The notes: generated by a model from the sequence alone, not told the origin. 64,000 bases of DNA from an uncultured Gemmataceae bacterium (GCA_963750165.1 CAVVPN010000012.1:1184001-1248000); one strand, 5' to 3'. Shown: positions 1 to 11,347, numbered from the stretch's first letter. Numbers and translations are program-made.

Positions 1-66
1 CCCCAGCGCCAGCGCGCCGAGGACGACCGGCTCCCAAAACCCCGCGGAGAGCAGCCACCGTTTCAT
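1..66 (-). CDS. N-terminus of a membrane/secreted protein running off the window
   Basis: ATG at 66 overlaps the TGA of the ligase (ATGA); reads MKRWLLSAGFWEPVVLGALALG with no stop to the window edge. Confidence 0.55.
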   Translation of the reverse strand, partial: MKRWLLSAGFWEPVVLGALALG

Positions 67-1742
67 CCGCGCTCCCCCTCCCGGGCGCCGGCCTCGCGCA
101 GCTTGCGGCGCTGCACCTTGCCCAGGAAATTCTTGGGCAGCTCGCTCACCAGCATCAGCCGCCGCGGCCGCTTGTGCTTGCCCAGGTGCTCGGCACAGAA
201 GCGCTCCAGGCCGGCCAGATCGAACGCCACGCCCGGTCGCGGCACTACCAGCGCCTTGATGATCTCGCCGCGCTCCGCGTCCGGCTCGCCGATCACCGCC
301 GCCTCCGCCACGTCCGGGTGCCGTCGCAGCACCTCCTCCACCTCCGCCGGCACCACCAGAAAACCGCCTGTCTTGATGATGTCCTTCTTGCGGTCCACCA
401 CGGTGAAGAAGCCGTCCGCGTCACGCTTCGCCAGGTCGCCGGTGTACAGCCAACCGTCGCGCAGCACCGCCGCCGTCTCGGCCGGGTTGTTGAAGTAGCC
501 CTTCATCACCTGCGGACCACGCACCACCAGTTCGCCGACCTCGCCGTCCGGCAGTTCGTCGCGGTCCTGTACCGGGTCGAGGATGCGGGCCTCGGTGTCA
601 GCCACCGGCAGGCCGATGGTGCCGGGCCGGGCGCGGTCGCTCAGCGGGTTGATGTGCGTGACCGGGCTCGCTTCCGACAGGCCGTAGCCCTCGATGAGGT
701 GTTGCACGCCCGTCTTCTGGAACTCGGCGCGAACCTCCGCCGACAGCGCCGACGCCCCGGAGACGACGCCGCGCAGGAACGACAGATCGCGCGGCTGCTG
801 ACGCAGGATACGGTTCATGGCGGTGAGCATAAGCGGCACCACCGGGGCCAGATCGACACGGTGCCGCACCAGCAGGTCCAGCACGGCGCGCGGCTCGAAG
901 CGCGGCACCAGATGCACGGTGGCCGCCTTGGCGAAGCTCGCCAGCAGGCACGCGGACAGGCCGAAGGCGTGGAAGATCGGCAGCGCCGCCAGCACGCCGT
1001 CGGTGCCGTCGGCGCCGCCGTCCCAGGCGCGGACCTGCAGGGCGTTCGCGATCAGGTTGGAGTGCGTCAGCATCACCGCCTTGGGCGCCGCCGTGGTGCC
1101 GCCGGTCGGGGCCAGCACCGCCACGTCCTCTTCCGGCGTGATGGTCGGGGTCAGCGGCCGGGCCGGCGTGTGCAGCAGGTGGTCGAAGACATGGACCTTG
1201 CCGCGGTCGCGCAGCCGCAGCGGGCCACCCCGGCGCCGGCGTTCGATGCGGTACAGCAGCCCCTTCAGGATCGACAGGTGCTCCATCAGCGAGGTCAGGA
1301 CCAGGTGCTCGACGGGGTCTTCTTCCAGCGCCGGATGCACGCCGGCCGCCAGCAGGTCCAGGGCGATGACCACATGGCAGTCCGTCAACTGCAACCAGTG
1401 ACGGATCTCCTCCGCGACCATGAGCGGGCTGAGCTGCAGCGCGGTGGCGCCGGTCAGCCAGGTGGCCTGCAGGGCGACCACATATTCGGGGGAATTCGGC
1501 AGCAACAGGCCGACGCGCTTGCCGGCCCCAACTCCCAGCGCCGCCAGGGCCGCCGCCAGCTTGCGAGCGCGGCCGGCCAGTTCCGCGTAGGTGAAACTCT
1601 CGTGGAACAGCGTGCAGCCGACGCGCTGCGGAAATCGTTCGGCGGCGCCGTCGAGCAGCGAACTGACGGGTGCTCGCGGATAGTCGAGTGTCGTTGGGGC
1701 GCCCTGCGGCTGATCGTGGAGGCGGTCGGGATGCAGATCCAT
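63..1742 (-). CDS. Long-chain fatty acid--CoA ligase (ANL adenylate-forming family)
   Basis: AMP-binding motifs PTGGTTAAPK, EGYGLSE, YTGD, DRKKD and C-terminal PKNFLGK; start taken at MDLHPD (the ORF track extends to 1850). Confidence 0.92.
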   Translation of the reverse strand: MDLHPDRLHDQPQGAPTTLDYPRAPVSSLLDGAAERFPQRVGCTLFHESFTYAELAGRARKLAAALAALGVGAGKRVGLLLPNSPEYVVALQATWLTGATALQLSPLMVAEEIRHWLQLTDCHVVIALDLLAAGVHPALEEDPVEHLVLTSLMEHLSILKGLLYRIERRRRGGPLRLRDRGKVHVFDHLLHTPARPLTPTITPEEDVAVLAPTGGTTAAPKAVMLTHSNLIANALQVRAWDGGADGTDGVLAALPIFHAFGLSACLLASFAKAATVHLVPRFEPRAVLDLLVRHRVDLAPVVPLMLTAMNRILRQQPRDLSFLRGVVSGASALSAEVRAEFQKTGVQHLIEGYGLSEASPVTHINPLSDRARPGTIGLPVADTEARILDPVQDRDELPDGEVGELVVRGPQVMKGYFNNPAETAAVLRDGWLYTGDLAKRDADGFFTVVDRKKDIIKTGGFLVVPAEVEEVLRRHPDVAEAAVIGEPDAERGEIIKALVVPRPGVAFDLAGLERFCAEHLGKHKRPRRLMLVSELPKNFLGKVQRRKLREAGAREGERG

Positions 1743-2003
1743 GTGCGCACGAGTTCCTTTGCCGGGCCGTGGGGCCACGGTCACCAGAGGTAAGCGCTGG
1801 CGGTGACTCGGGGAATGGGCACGCCAGAGGATTGGCGGTAGACGGGGCAATGTCCGATTTGCCGGGTCTGCTTACATTTTACCTCATCGGCGCCGTGCGG
1901 ACAACTGGCGCGCACGCCGTCGGCGCGATTGGCGGACCTGGACCGCCCGCTTAAAATGGCTGGGCCGCATAACCCGACCGCTTCGCCCACCATGAGGCCG
2001 CGC

Positions 2004-2897
2004 ATGCCGCCGCTACTGCATAGTCACGTCGAAGGCATCCCCTGCCGCCGCGGCAAGGTGCGCGACGTGTACGATCTGGGCGACCGCCTTGTCATCGTCG
2101 CCACCGATCGCATCAGTGCCTTCGACCACATCCTGCCGACCGGCATCCCCGACAAGGGCCGCATGCTCACCGGCCTGACGCGCTTCTGGCTGGACTTCCT
2201 GACCGTGTCGAATCACTTCCTTGGCGATTCGTTAGCGGACATGGGCCCGGCGTTCGCGGCCCAGGCGGAGGCGCTGCGCGGCCGGTCGATGCTGGTGCGC
2301 AAGACGGCGGTGGTGCCGATCGAGTGCGTGGTGCGCGGCTACCTGGCCGGCTCGGGCTGGAAGGAGTATCGGCAGACGGGCCGCGTCTGTGGCGTGGAAT
2401 TGCCGGCGGGGCTGCGTGAGGCCCAGCAGTTGCCGGAGCCGATTTTCACGCCGGCGACCAAGGCGGAGAGCGGCCACGACGAGAACATCACCGTCGCGGA
2501 GATGGCCCACGCGGTCGGCACCGAGGCGACGACCGAGCTGGAGCGGCGCAGCCTCGACCTGTACCGCCGCGCCGCGGAGCACGCGCGCCGGTGTGGCATC
2601 ATTCTGGCCGACACGAAGTTCGAGTGGGGCCGGCTACCGGGCGGTGAACTGATCCTGATTGACGAGGTGCTGACGCCGGACAGCTCGCGCTTCTGGCCGG
2701 AGGACCAGTACCGGGTGGGCGGCAGTCCGCCGTCGTTCGACAAGCAATTCGTGCGCGACTGGCTGGAGAGCGTGGGCTGGGACAAGAACAGTCCGCCGCC
2801 GCCGCTGCCCGCGGAGGTGGTGGAGCGGACGCGGCAGAAGTACGCCGAGGCGTTCGCGCGGCTGACGGGACGGGAGTTTCAAGGGGGGGCCGCATGA
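2004..2897 (+). CDS. purC: Phosphoribosylaminoimidazolesuccinocarboxamide (SAICAR) synthase
   Basis: [57 protein letters not shown]. Confidence 0.97.
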   Translation: MPPLLHSHVEGIPCRRGKVRDVYDLGDRLVIVATDRISAFDHILPTGIPDKGRMLTGLTRFWLDFLTVSNHFLGDSLADMGPAFAAQAEALRGRSMLVRKTAVVPIECVVRGYLAGSGWKEYRQTGRVCGVELPAGLREAQQLPEPIFTPATKAESGHDENITVAEMAHAVGTEATTELERRSLDLYRRAAEHARRCGIILADTKFEWGRLPGGELILIDEVLTPDSSRFWPEDQYRVGGSPPSFDKQFVRDWLESVGWDKNSPPPPLPAEVVERTRQKYAEAFARLTGREFQGGAA

Positions 2898-3319
2898 CCG
2901 AGGGACACCATCCGCCGCGGGGCGGCGGCCTGGCCAGGGGCCTCGCCGGCTTTGTGGCCGGCGCCTTCCTCGGCGCCGTGCTGGGAGTCGTGACCGCTGC
3001 GGCGTATGCGTCGCCGGGCGACCCGGAAAACCTGCTGGCCGATGAGCGGTCCATGACGGCCTTCACTGCCGGCGTGTCCTGGGGAGCGATCGGCGGCGGC
3101 TTGATCGGCCTGATCCTGGGGGCGATCGGTGCGGGGGTTCGCGGCTTCCTGGTTGCCGGTGCCGGCCCGACCCTGGCCCTGGCGGCGAGCTGGTTCACGC
3201 GGGAAGCGCTCGGGGAGGACAGTTTCTTGCGGGCCCTGCAATTCTGCCTGGTCGGAGCAGTCATCGGCCTCATCGCCGCGCTGGTGCTGCACGCCTATTT
3301 CAATCCCGACCGAGTTTAA
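2894..3319 (+). CDS. Small multi-pass membrane protein, hypothetical
   Basis: ATGA overlap with purC; about four Gly/Ala-rich hydrophobic segments. Confidence 0.7.
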   Translation: MTEGHHPPRGGGLARGLAGFVAGAFLGAVLGVVTAAAYASPGDPENLLADERSMTAFTAGVSWGAIGGGLIGLILGAIGAGVRGFLVAGAGPTLALAASWFTREALGEDSFLRALQFCLVGAVIGLIAALVLHAYFNPDRV

Positions 3320-3344
3320 TCGCGGTTCCCTGGCAGGCACTGGC

Positions 3345-4705
3345 TTATTCGTTCGGCGCCGGCTTCTGCCGCTTCAACTTCAGAAGCATGTTCCCACCTT
3401 TTCTGTCGCCGCGATTGTTGCTGCTGAACGCGACAGGCCGCCCGCCGTCGGCGCCGATCAGACAAACGGTAAGCTCGTCCCCGTCCTGTTTGTAAATCCC
3501 CTGCAGGACCGTCCGCTTCCCGGCGGTCTGCGTCACTACGTCCAGGTGGGCCGGGCTCCTCGTCGGGTCGATGGTGAAGCGCACCACATCCTCCCGGGTG
3601 CCGTCCTTGGTGTTCGTGAATGTCCGTGTGATCTTCCCGTCCGCGATGTCCCAGACGCAATCCCCCGCGACCTGCTCCGGCAAGAACCGGTCCGTGGTCT
3701 CCACGTACACCACCCGCCAGGTTCCCTTCAGGGTTGCCAGGGCGGCGTCCAGTCGCTGCCGGTTTTCCGCCTGCTTCGGGGCCGGTTTGTCCTGCTGCGC
3801 GGCCGGCAGTCGCTTCAACTTGATGACCGGATCGGGCTGCCGTGCCGTCGTGCCGCCTTGCATCAGCACACTGCCGCAGCCGAGCACCGCCAGCAGCAAC
3901 AGCGTCGCGACCTTCAGCCTGGTCAGTAACATGGCTTTCAGCACTCCATCTGTAAGGGCGATCACCCTGGCCCCGAGAACCCCGGAAGCCGCCCCGGTGG
4001 CGAACAGGTGCGCCGCCCGGCTCGTCGATGCCACCAGGGACAACGGCACACCGGCCGTGGCCACGTTCGCAGACAACACGGTCGCGATGCCGGCGCCCGA
4101 GACGGGCAAGCCGTGACGGGCCAGCCGCCGGCCGAGCAGCGCCCGCCCGCGCCAGCCGGGTGCCGATGGTCCCCACCGGTGCGCCCGAGCTGCCGCGCCG
4201 CTTCCTTGATCGACTTGCCCTCCAGGTCGCACAGGACGATGGGGGCGCGGTATCGGTCAGGCAGGGCTTGCAACTCCTGGTCGAGGACCGTTTCCAGTTG
4301 CCGCCAGACCTCCGGGGGCGTTTCCGGCTTCGGCCGCGTCCCCGCGGTCTTCTCCTTCACCCGTCGTTTGCTTCGCATGGCCTTCGCCTTCAGCGCCGTG
4401 GTGCGGGCCACCCCGTACAGCCAGTTGCCGACCAGGGTCCGGGGCCGGATGGTGCCGGCCTTGCGCACCAGCACCAGGAACGTGGCCTGGAAGGCGTCCT
4501 CCGCGTCGGCCTCGTGGCGGAGCGTGCGCCGGCACACCCCCAGGACCATGGGTGCGTGCCGGCGCAGCAGCGCCTCAAAGGCGGACTCGTCGCGCCGGGC
4601 GATGAAGCACTCCAGCAATTCGCCGTCCGTGAGGCCGGCAACTTCCTGGCGGCGGCAGACCCGGCGCAGATTGTCCAGGACGGCGTCAAACGTGTTGGTT
4701 GCCAT
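3345..4705 (-). CDS. ECF sigma-70 factor with C-terminal TM extension and TIGR03067-like domain (frameshifted near 4140-4190)
   Basis: Sigma2 DAEDAFQATFLVL and sigma4 LPDRYRAPIVLCDLEG; continues in other frames as GTIGTRLAR, then RRLARHG, a hydrophobic helix, LKGTWRVV and FTIDPTRSPAHLD...GIYKQDGDELTVC. Confidence 0.85.
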
Positions 4706-4881
4706 CGTGATCGCCCGTGGAACTCGAGTTCTACCCTTCCATCTCCCGGACGCCGCGATTTTTTTCACCCCTTTCTTGTGAAAGATGGTGAAGAGGTGAG
4801 ATGAAAAGATGGCTTCCGGATGATAAAGCTATGGTAGCAACGCACTCACCTGGCGTTGCGGAAAGGAAGGTTCCCGGCTCC

Positions 4882-5703
4882 ATGACCACCCCGCTGCGCC
4901 TGCTCATCATCGGCGCCCACCCCGACGACGCCGACTTCGCCGCCGGCGGCACCGCGGCGCTGTACCGTGCCGCCGGCCACGCCGTCAAGTTCGTCAGCCT
5001 GACCAACGGCGACGCTGGCCATCACCTGCACCCCGGCCCCGCGCTGGCCCGGCGGCGGCGCGGCGAGGCGAGCGCGGCGGCGGCCGTCATCGGCGCGACC
5101 TATGACATCTTCGACAGCCACGATGGCCAGCTGCTGCCGACACTGGAGAATCGGCTGGCGGTGATCCGCCTGATCCGCACGTTTCAACCGGACATGCTGC
5201 TGACGCACCGGCCCAACGACTATCACCCCGACCACCGCTACACCAGCCAGCTCGTACAGGACGCCGCTTACATGGTCACGGTGCCGGCCCTGGCGCCGGA
5301 GACGCCGCACCTGCAGCGCGACCCCGTGATCGCGTACCTGCCGGACGACTTCCAGAAACCGTATCCGTTGCAGCCGGATGTGGTCGTGGACGTGGGCGGC
5401 GTCTTCGACTTCATCGTGGACATGCTGGACTGTCACGTGTCGCAGTTCTACGAGTGGCTGCCGTACAACGGCAAGCACATCGACCAGGTACCGGCCGACG
5501 CCCGCGCCCGCCGTGACTGGCTGGCGGAGCACACGCGGCGGCGGCTGCAGGCGCGCGCCGACAGATACCGCCACGCCCTGCTGCAGCGCTACGGGATGCG
5601 CCGCGGCGCCGACGTGCAGTTCGCCGAGGTGTTCGAGGCTTGCGAGTACGGCGCCCCGCTGGACGCGGCGGCGCGCGAACGGTTGTTCGGCTTCCTGGGA
5701 TAA
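4882..5703 (+). CDS. PIG-L/LmbE family deacetylase
   Basis: GAHPDD and HPDH zinc-ligand motifs, TNGDAG. Confidence 0.92.
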   Translation: MTTPLRLLIIGAHPDDADFAAGGTAALYRAAGHAVKFVSLTNGDAGHHLHPGPALARRRRGEASAAAAVIGATYDIFDSHDGQLLPTLENRLAVIRLIRTFQPDMLLTHRPNDYHPDHRYTSQLVQDAAYMVTVPALAPETPHLQRDPVIAYLPDDFQKPYPLQPDVVVDVGGVFDFIVDMLDCHVSQFYEWLPYNGKHIDQVPADARARRDWLAEHTRRRLQARADRYRHALLQRYGMRRGADVQFAEVFEACEYGAPLDAAARERLFGFLG

Positions 5704-6867
5704 ATGCACAAACCGACTCCGAAACCCTGGCGCCGGTGGCTGGAGGATGCGTGGCACCTGCTGGTCCTGATTCGGCACCGCCGCATCCTGCGCATGACCC
5801 TGGTGCCAATCCTGCTCGTGGCCGTCGGCACCACCGGCTACTGCGTCATTGACGAGCGCTACACGTTCCTGGACGCGCTGTACATGACGGTCATCACGTT
5901 GGCCACGATCGGCTACGGCGAGGTGCATCCGTTGACGGATTCCGGCCGCGTCTTCACGATTTTCCTGATCCTGGGCGGCGTGTTTGTGTTTTTCTACTCC
6001 TTCACCGAGTTGATCCGCACCGTCGTCAGCGGCGAACTGCGGCAGCAGTTGGGGAGACAGCGGATGAAGCGGGAGCTGGCGGCGCTGGACGGGCACTTCA
6101 TCGTCTGCGGTTACGGCCGCATGGGGCGGCAGGTCTGCCAGGAGTTTTCCCGGCAGGGCATGCCGTTCGTCATCATCGACCGGCACCCGGAGGTGCTGGA
6201 GGGGTTCGACCTGGCGCACGGCATTCCGCTACCGGGCGACGCCTCCTCCGACGAGTTGCTGCGCCATGCCGGCATCGAGCGGGCGCGGGCGCTGGTCACG
6301 GTCATGAGTTCCGACGCCGCGAACCTGTACACGACCATGAGCGCCCGGCTGCTGAACAGGCATCTGTTCATCGTGGCCCGTGTGGAGGACCCGCACTCGG
6401 AACAGAAGCTGAAACGGGCCGGGGCCAACCGTGTGGTGTCGCCGTACCAGATCGGCGGCCTGCGGCTGGCGCACGCGGTGCTGCGGCCAACGGTGGTGGA
6501 CTTCATCGAACTGGCGACGCGCACGGAGCACTTCGAGTTGCAAATGGAGGAGGCGCGCGTGCAGGCCGGCAGTCCGCTGGACGGCAGCCAGTTGAAGGAT
6601 GGCCGGCTGCGGAACGAGCTGAAGGTGATGGTGATCGCGGTCAAGAAGCACAGCGGCGAGATGCTGTTCAACCCGGAGCCGGACGTGGTAATCGAGGCGG
6701 GCGACACGCTGGTGGTGCTGGGGCGGCGCGAGCAGCTGGGGCAGCTGGAGGCGCTGGCGGCAGCGCCGGGGCGTAGCGCCGCCAGCGACTTGCGGCCGGA
6801 GGTCTGCGGGTTGGGGAAGCTGCTTGCGTTTTCTGACCCGTGCTGTACTGTGAGAAAAGGTTGTTGA
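5704..6867 (+). CDS. Potassium channel protein (pore plus RCK/TrkA-N and TrkA-C domains)
   Basis: TIGYG selectivity filter between two TM helices; CGYGRMG Rossmann motif; C-terminal TrkA-C NPEPDVVIEAGD. Confidence 0.93.
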   Translation: MHKPTPKPWRRWLEDAWHLLVLIRHRRILRMTLVPILLVAVGTTGYCVIDERYTFLDALYMTVITLATIGYGEVHPLTDSGRVFTIFLILGGVFVFFYSFTELIRTVVSGELRQQLGRQRMKRELAALDGHFIVCGYGRMGRQVCQEFSRQGMPFVIIDRHPEVLEGFDLAHGIPLPGDASSDELLRHAGIERARALVTVMSSDAANLYTTMSARLLNRHLFIVARVEDPHSEQKLKRAGANRVVSPYQIGGLRLAHAVLRPTVVDFIELATRTEHFELQMEEARVQAGSPLDGSQLKDGRLRNELKVMVIAVKKHSGEMLFNPEPDVVIEAGDTLVVLGRREQLGQLEALAAAPGRSAASDLRPEVCGLGKLLAFSDPCCTVRKGC

Positions 6868-7069
6868 TAGCAAAACCAGAGCCGTAATAGCGAAAAGTAG
6901 CCCGGTGACAGCGACAAGAAAGATCGTCATAGCGATACGAAGCAGTTGCAGGTGACTTTCCGCTATTCCAATAGTTCGGCGGCGGCCTGTCCTGGCGAAT
7001 CACCGCCTGGCCGCAAAGTCCGTACGGTTATCGTTGCACACCGTCACGACTCGCATGAGGTCCCAACGC

Positions 7070-10000
7070 ATGAACGACGCCACGTTCAGCCACGAACTCC
7101 CGAACGCCCCGGCCGACGACGCCGCGCCCGTGGTGCCCGGCTACGAACTCGGCGACCTCATCGGCCGCGGCGGCATGGGCGACGTCTACCGCGCCCGCGA
7201 CCTCGAGATGGACCGCGAGGTGGCCGTCAAGGTCCTGCAAGACCGCTACCCCGTCGGCTCGCCCACGGCGGCCCGCTTCGTGGCAGAGGCCAGGATCACC
7301 GGCCAGTTGCAGCACCCCGGCATCCCGGCGGTCTACCGCGTCGCCGCGCTCGCCGACGGCCGGCCGTTCCTGGCGATGAAGCTCATCAAGGGCCGGACGC
7401 TCGACGAACTGGTGCGGGCGAACGCCCCCCTCAACCACCTCGCCGTGATCGAGGCGGTGGCCCAGGCGCTCGGCTACGCCCACGCCCACGACGTCATCCA
7501 CCGCGACCTCAAGCCGCACAACGTCATGGTCGGGCCGTTCGGCGAAGTGCAACTGATGGACTGGGGCCTGGCGAAGGTGCTCACGGCGCGCCAGGAGGGT
7601 GCGCCACCGGAGAATGACCCCGAGGCGACGACGGCCCCCACCGCGATCCGCACGGGCCGCGGCAGCGACCACACGCAGCCCGGCAGCGTGCTGGGCACGC
7701 CGGCGTACATGGCGCCCGAGCAGGCCGCCGGCGAGACCCACCGCGTCGGCCGGGCGTCGGACGTGTTCGGCCTGGGGGCGCTCTGGTGCAAGCTGCTCAC
7801 CGGTCAGCCGCCGTTCACCGGGGCCGATGCCGAGAGCGTCCGCCGCAAGGCGCTGCGCGGCCAGACGGGGGAGGCCCTGGCCCGGCTCGCGGCCTGCGGG
7901 GCCGAGCCTGAAGTGGTGGCGCTGTGCCGGCGATGCCTGGCGGTGGAGCCGGAGGACCGGCCGGCGGACGCCAACGAGGTGGCCCGGCGGGTGGCGGACT
8001 TGCGGGTCGCGGCCGAGGAGCGGGCCAGGCAGGCGGAGCTGGACCGGGCCCGGGCGGCGGTGCAGGCGGCGGAGCAGGCCAGGCGGCGGCGGACGGTGCA
8101 ACGGGCCGGGGCGGTCGTGGCGGCGGTGCTGCTGGTGGGCCTGGCCGGCACCGGCTACGGGCTGTACCGCGCCAACGAGGAGCGGCTGGCGGCCCGGGAG
8201 GCGGAGCGGATCGCTGATGAAGAGCGGGACACCGCCCGGGCGGCGGAGCGGATCGCCGAAAAAGAGCGGGTTGCCGCCCGGGCGGCGGAAGGAGACGCGG
8301 ACAGGAAGCGTATCCGGGCCGAGGGAGCGGAGCAGAAGGAAACGGCGGCGCGGCAGCGCGCCGAGGAGGCGTCGGAGCAGACGCTGGCGGCGCTGGACGT
8401 GCTCGTGACCGAGATCGCGGGGGAGTCGCTGGCCTCGCAGCCAGGGATCACCGCGGACCAGAAGGCGTTCCTGACGCAGGTGCTGCCGGTCTACCGCAAG
8501 TTCGCCAGCCACAAGGGGGACGACGAGCGAACGCGACACCGGATTGCCCGCACGGCCCATCGCGTGGGCGTGATCGAGTATCGCCTGGGTCGCATGGAGG
8601 AAAGTCGGGCCGCGTTCGAGGAGGCCCGAGCCGCGCATGCCGGCCTGGTGGCCGAGTACCCCGCCGTGCCCAAGTACCGCCAGGGGTTGGCCGCGAGCCA
8701 TAACAACCTGGGGCTTCTGCTGTGTGACCTCGGGGACCGGGCGGCGGCGCGGGCGGAGTACAGCAAGGCGCTGGCGCTCCTGGAGAAGCTGGCGGCCGAG
8801 TACCCCGCTGAGCCCGCCTACCGCCAGGACTTGGCCGCGAGCCACAACAACCTGGGGATTGTGCTGCATGACCTCGGGGACCGGGCGGCGGCGCGGGCGG
8901 AGTTCGGCAAGGCGCTGGCGATTCAGGAGAAGCTGGCGGCCGAATACCCCGCCGTGCCCGCCTGCCGCCAGGAGTTGGCCAGGAGCCACAACAACCTGGG
9001 GATTGTGCTGCGTGACCTCGGGGAACGGGCGGCGGCGCGGGCGGAGTACGCCAAGGCGGTGCCGCTCCTGGAGAAGCTGGCGGCCGAGTACCCCGTCGTG
9101 CCCGCCTACCGCCAGGAACTGGCCGGTAGCCACTACAACCTGGGGAATCTGCTGCGTGACCTCGGGGAACGGGCGGCGGCGCGGGCGGAGTACGCCAAGG
9201 CGGTGCCGCTCCTGGAGAAGCTGGCGGCCGAGTACCCCGCCGTGCCCAAGTACCGCCAGGAGTTGGCCAGGAGCCATAACAGCCTGGGGGTTCTGTTGCG
9301 TGACCTCGGGGAACGGGCGGCGGCGCGGGCGGAGTACGCCAAGGCGGTGCCGCTCCTGGAGAAGCTGGCGGCCGACTTCCCCGAATTGGCCGCCTACCGC
9401 CAGGAGTTGGCCGTGAGCCACTACAACCTGGGGCTTCTGCTGCTGGTTGACCTCGGGGACCGGCCGGCGGCGCGGGCGGAGTACGCCAAGGCGCTGGCGC
9501 TCCGGGAGAAGCTGGCGGCCGAGTACCCCGCCGTGCCCAAGTACCGCCAGTACTTGGCCAGTAGCCACTACAGCCTGGGGGCTCTGCTGCGTGACCTCGG
9601 GGACCGGCCGGCGGCCCGGGCGGAGTTCGGCAAGGCGGTGGCGCTCCAGGAGAAGCTGGCGGCTGAGTACCCCGCCGTACCGGATTACCGCCAGACGTTG
9701 GCCTCGATCCACTACAACCTGGGGAATCTGCTGCGTGACCTCGGGAACCGGCCGGCGGCGGGGGCGGAGTACGCCAAGGCGGTGAGGCTCCTGGAGAAGC
9801 TTGCGGCCGAGTACCCCGCCGTGCCCAAGTACCGCCAGGAGTTGGCCAGGAGCCATAACAACCTGGGGATTGTGCTGAGCGAACTCGGGGAGCGGCCGGC
9901 GGCGCGAGCGGAGTACGGCAAGGCGCTGGCGCTCCGGGAGAAGCTGGTGGCCGACTTCCCCGCCGTGCCCGTGTACCGGGTGGAGCTTGGCGGCAACTAT

Positions 10001-10570
10001 TGCAATATCGGCGACCTCATGCGCGATGACGGCCAGGCGGACCAAAGCCTGGACTGGTTCGGCAAGGCGATCGCCGTCCTCCGGCCGGTCCACGACCGCG
10101 AACCGCGGGATGTCACGGCCCGACTGTTTCTGCGCAACAGCTTCTGGAACCGGGCACTCGCCCACAACGGCCTGGCGAAGTACGGCGCGGCGGTCGCCGA
10201 CTGGGACCAGGCGATTGCCTTGACGTCGAAAACCCAACAGCCCCCCTTGCGATTGGACCGGGCGCAGTCTCTCGTCCAGGTGGCAGGCAAGGTCGCCGAG
10301 GCCGTGGCCGAGGTCGAGGAGTTGGCGGCGCTGCCGACGAAGTGGCGGGCCGGCCAGTGGTACGACTTTGCCTGTGTGTATGCCCTGGCCGCGGCCAGGA
10401 GCGACGACAAGAAGGTCGCCTACGCCGACCGGGCGATGGAGCTGTTGCACAGGGCCGTGCAGGCGGGCTTCACGAACCGCGCCCACATGGAAATGGACAC
10501 CGACCTGGACGCGCTCCGCGCGCGCGCCGACTTCAAGAAGCTGATCGAGCGCTTGCCGAAGGCGAAGTAA
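7070..10570 (+). CDS. Hanks-type Ser/Thr kinase with TM segment and TPR repeat array
   Basis: GRGGMG, VAVK, HRDLKPHN, DWGLAK, GTPAYMAPE; hydrophobic helix; 48-aa repeats. Confidence 0.95.
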   Translation: MNDATFSHELPNAPADDAAPVVPGYELGDLIGRGGMGDVYRARDLEMDREVAVKVLQDRYPVGSPTAARFVAEARITGQLQHPGIPAVYRVAALADGRPFLAMKLIKGRTLDELVRANAPLNHLAVIEAVAQALGYAHAHDVIHRDLKPHNVMVGPFGEVQLMDWGLAKVLTARQEGAPPENDPEATTAPTAIRTGRGSDHTQPGSVLGTPAYMAPEQAAGETHRVGRASDVFGLGALWCKLLTGQPPFTGADAESVRRKALRGQTGEALARLAACGAEPEVVALCRRCLAVEPEDRPADANEVARRVADLRVAAEERARQAELDRARAAVQAAEQARRRRTVQRAGAVVAAVLLVGLAGTGYGLYRANEERLAAREAERIADEERDTARAAERIAEKERVAARAAEGDADRKRIRAEGAEQKETAARQRAEEASEQTLAALDVLVTEIAGESLASQPGITADQKAFLTQVLPVYRKFASHKGDDERTRHRIARTAHRVGVIEYRLGRMEESRAAFEEARAAHAGLVAEYPAVPKYRQGLAASHNNLGLLLCDLGDRAAARAEYSKALALLEKLAAEYPAEPAYRQDLAASHNNLGIVLHDLGDRAAARAEFGKALAIQEKLAAEYPAVPACRQELARSHNNLGIVLRDLGERAAARAEYAKAVPLLEKLAAEYPVVPAYRQELAGSHYNLGNLLRDLGERAAARAEYAKAVPLLEKLAAEYPAVPKYRQELARSHNSLGVLLRDLGERAAARAEYAKAVPLLEKLAADFPELAAYRQELAVSHYNLGLLLLVDLGDRPAARAEYAKALALREKLAAEYPAVPKYRQYLASSHYSLGALLRDLGDRPAARAEFGKAVALQEKLAAEYPAVPDYRQTLASIHYNLGNLLRDLGNRPAAGAEYAKAVRLLEKLAAEYPAVPKYRQELARSHNNLGIVLSELGERPAARAEYGKALALREKLVADFPAVPVYRVELGGNYCNIGDLMRDDGQADQSLDWFGKAIAVLRPVHDREPRDVTARLFLRNSFWNRALAHNGLAKYGAAVADWDQAIALTSKTQQPPLRLDRAQSLVQVAGKVAEAVAEVEELAALPTKWRAGQWYDFACVYALAAARSDDKKVAYADRAMELLHRAVQAGFTNRAHMEMDTDLDALRARADFKKLIERLPKAK
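8651..9960 (+). repeat. Intragenic tandem repeat, nine 144-bp units (one of 147 bp), TPR-like
   Basis: Unit starts at 8651, 8795, 8939, 9083, 9227, 9371, 9518, 9662, 9806 and 9950 (partial), near-identical at DNA level. Confidence 0.92.
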
Positions 10571-11143
10571 CGGGGGATTCGCGCCGCCGCCACCGGTCCT
10601 GCCGGCCGCGTCCGCCGCCCGGGACGCCCCGCAAGCCGTCTCACTTTTTTATTCAGCCGCAAGCCGCGGCAAAGACCAGGGCCGTTCGCTGCTCCGCGTC
10701 GCGCCGAAGGCCAACGGGTGCCGGCCGCTGCCCGTGGTTGTCCGGGGTTCCGTGCGGGGCTCGCGTGGGCTTGGCGGCCTTGGCGGCCTTGCCCGGAGCG
10801 GCAATGGGAGGCGTTCGCCGGCGCGACGCGGCAGGTCCGTCCGGCGCGGCACGGGAGTCCCTTGGCGGCCTTGGCGGCCTTGCGAGGCCTGGCAACTGCC
10901 GGCACGCCCCCGCCCCGGCACCTGAAAGACAGGGAGAAAGGGGACATTCAAGTTTATTTTGGCCGAACCACCCACTGCACATGACGGGCCTTCCAGGGTC
11001 AAGCGGACAGTCCGAGTCGCGCGGGTCCGCACGTGAGCTAGGTGGTCGGCGAAGCTGCCGCAGGCTGTATTCCTCCGAACTGGCATGATGAGCAGGAGCG
11101 AGGTGTGGGTTCTGCAAGTCAATCAGCAAGGAGGTCTCTGGTG

Positions 11144-11347
11144 ATGTCCCTAACTGAATTGCGGCCCGCTGTGCGGGCACTCCCCCGTCGCGACGAGTTC
11201 CTGCTCGTCCAGGAACTCATTGCTGAACTGGCCCAGGAAGACGGCGTCACCGCCATCGAGTATCCAGTCTGGTCTCCCCATGACGCTCACGCCGCTGCCG
11301 CCACGCTCCTGCAACTACTGGAACAGGAGAAAGCGAGCAACCCATGA
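11144..11347 (+). CDS. Small hypothetical protein (67 aa)
   Basis: AAGGAGG RBS before the ATG; MSLTELRPAVRALPRRDEFLLVQEL...EYPVWSPHD. Confidence 0.7.
   Translation: MSLTELRPAVRALPRRDEFLLVQELIAELAQEDGVTAIEYPVWSPHDAHAAAATLLQLLEQEKASNP

Noticed and set aside
7028..10486. Long antisense or alternative-frame ORFs (also 30761-33472, 33469-35667, 37339-39378, 54857-56947, 58376-60370)
   Set aside because: These are shadow ORFs expected at high GC opposite genes with clear motifs.
10570..11140. Gene or ncRNA in the long spacer with CTTGGCGGCCTTGGCGGCCTTG twice
   Set aside because: There is no credible ORF. It looks like degenerate REP-like sequence without a defensible structure.
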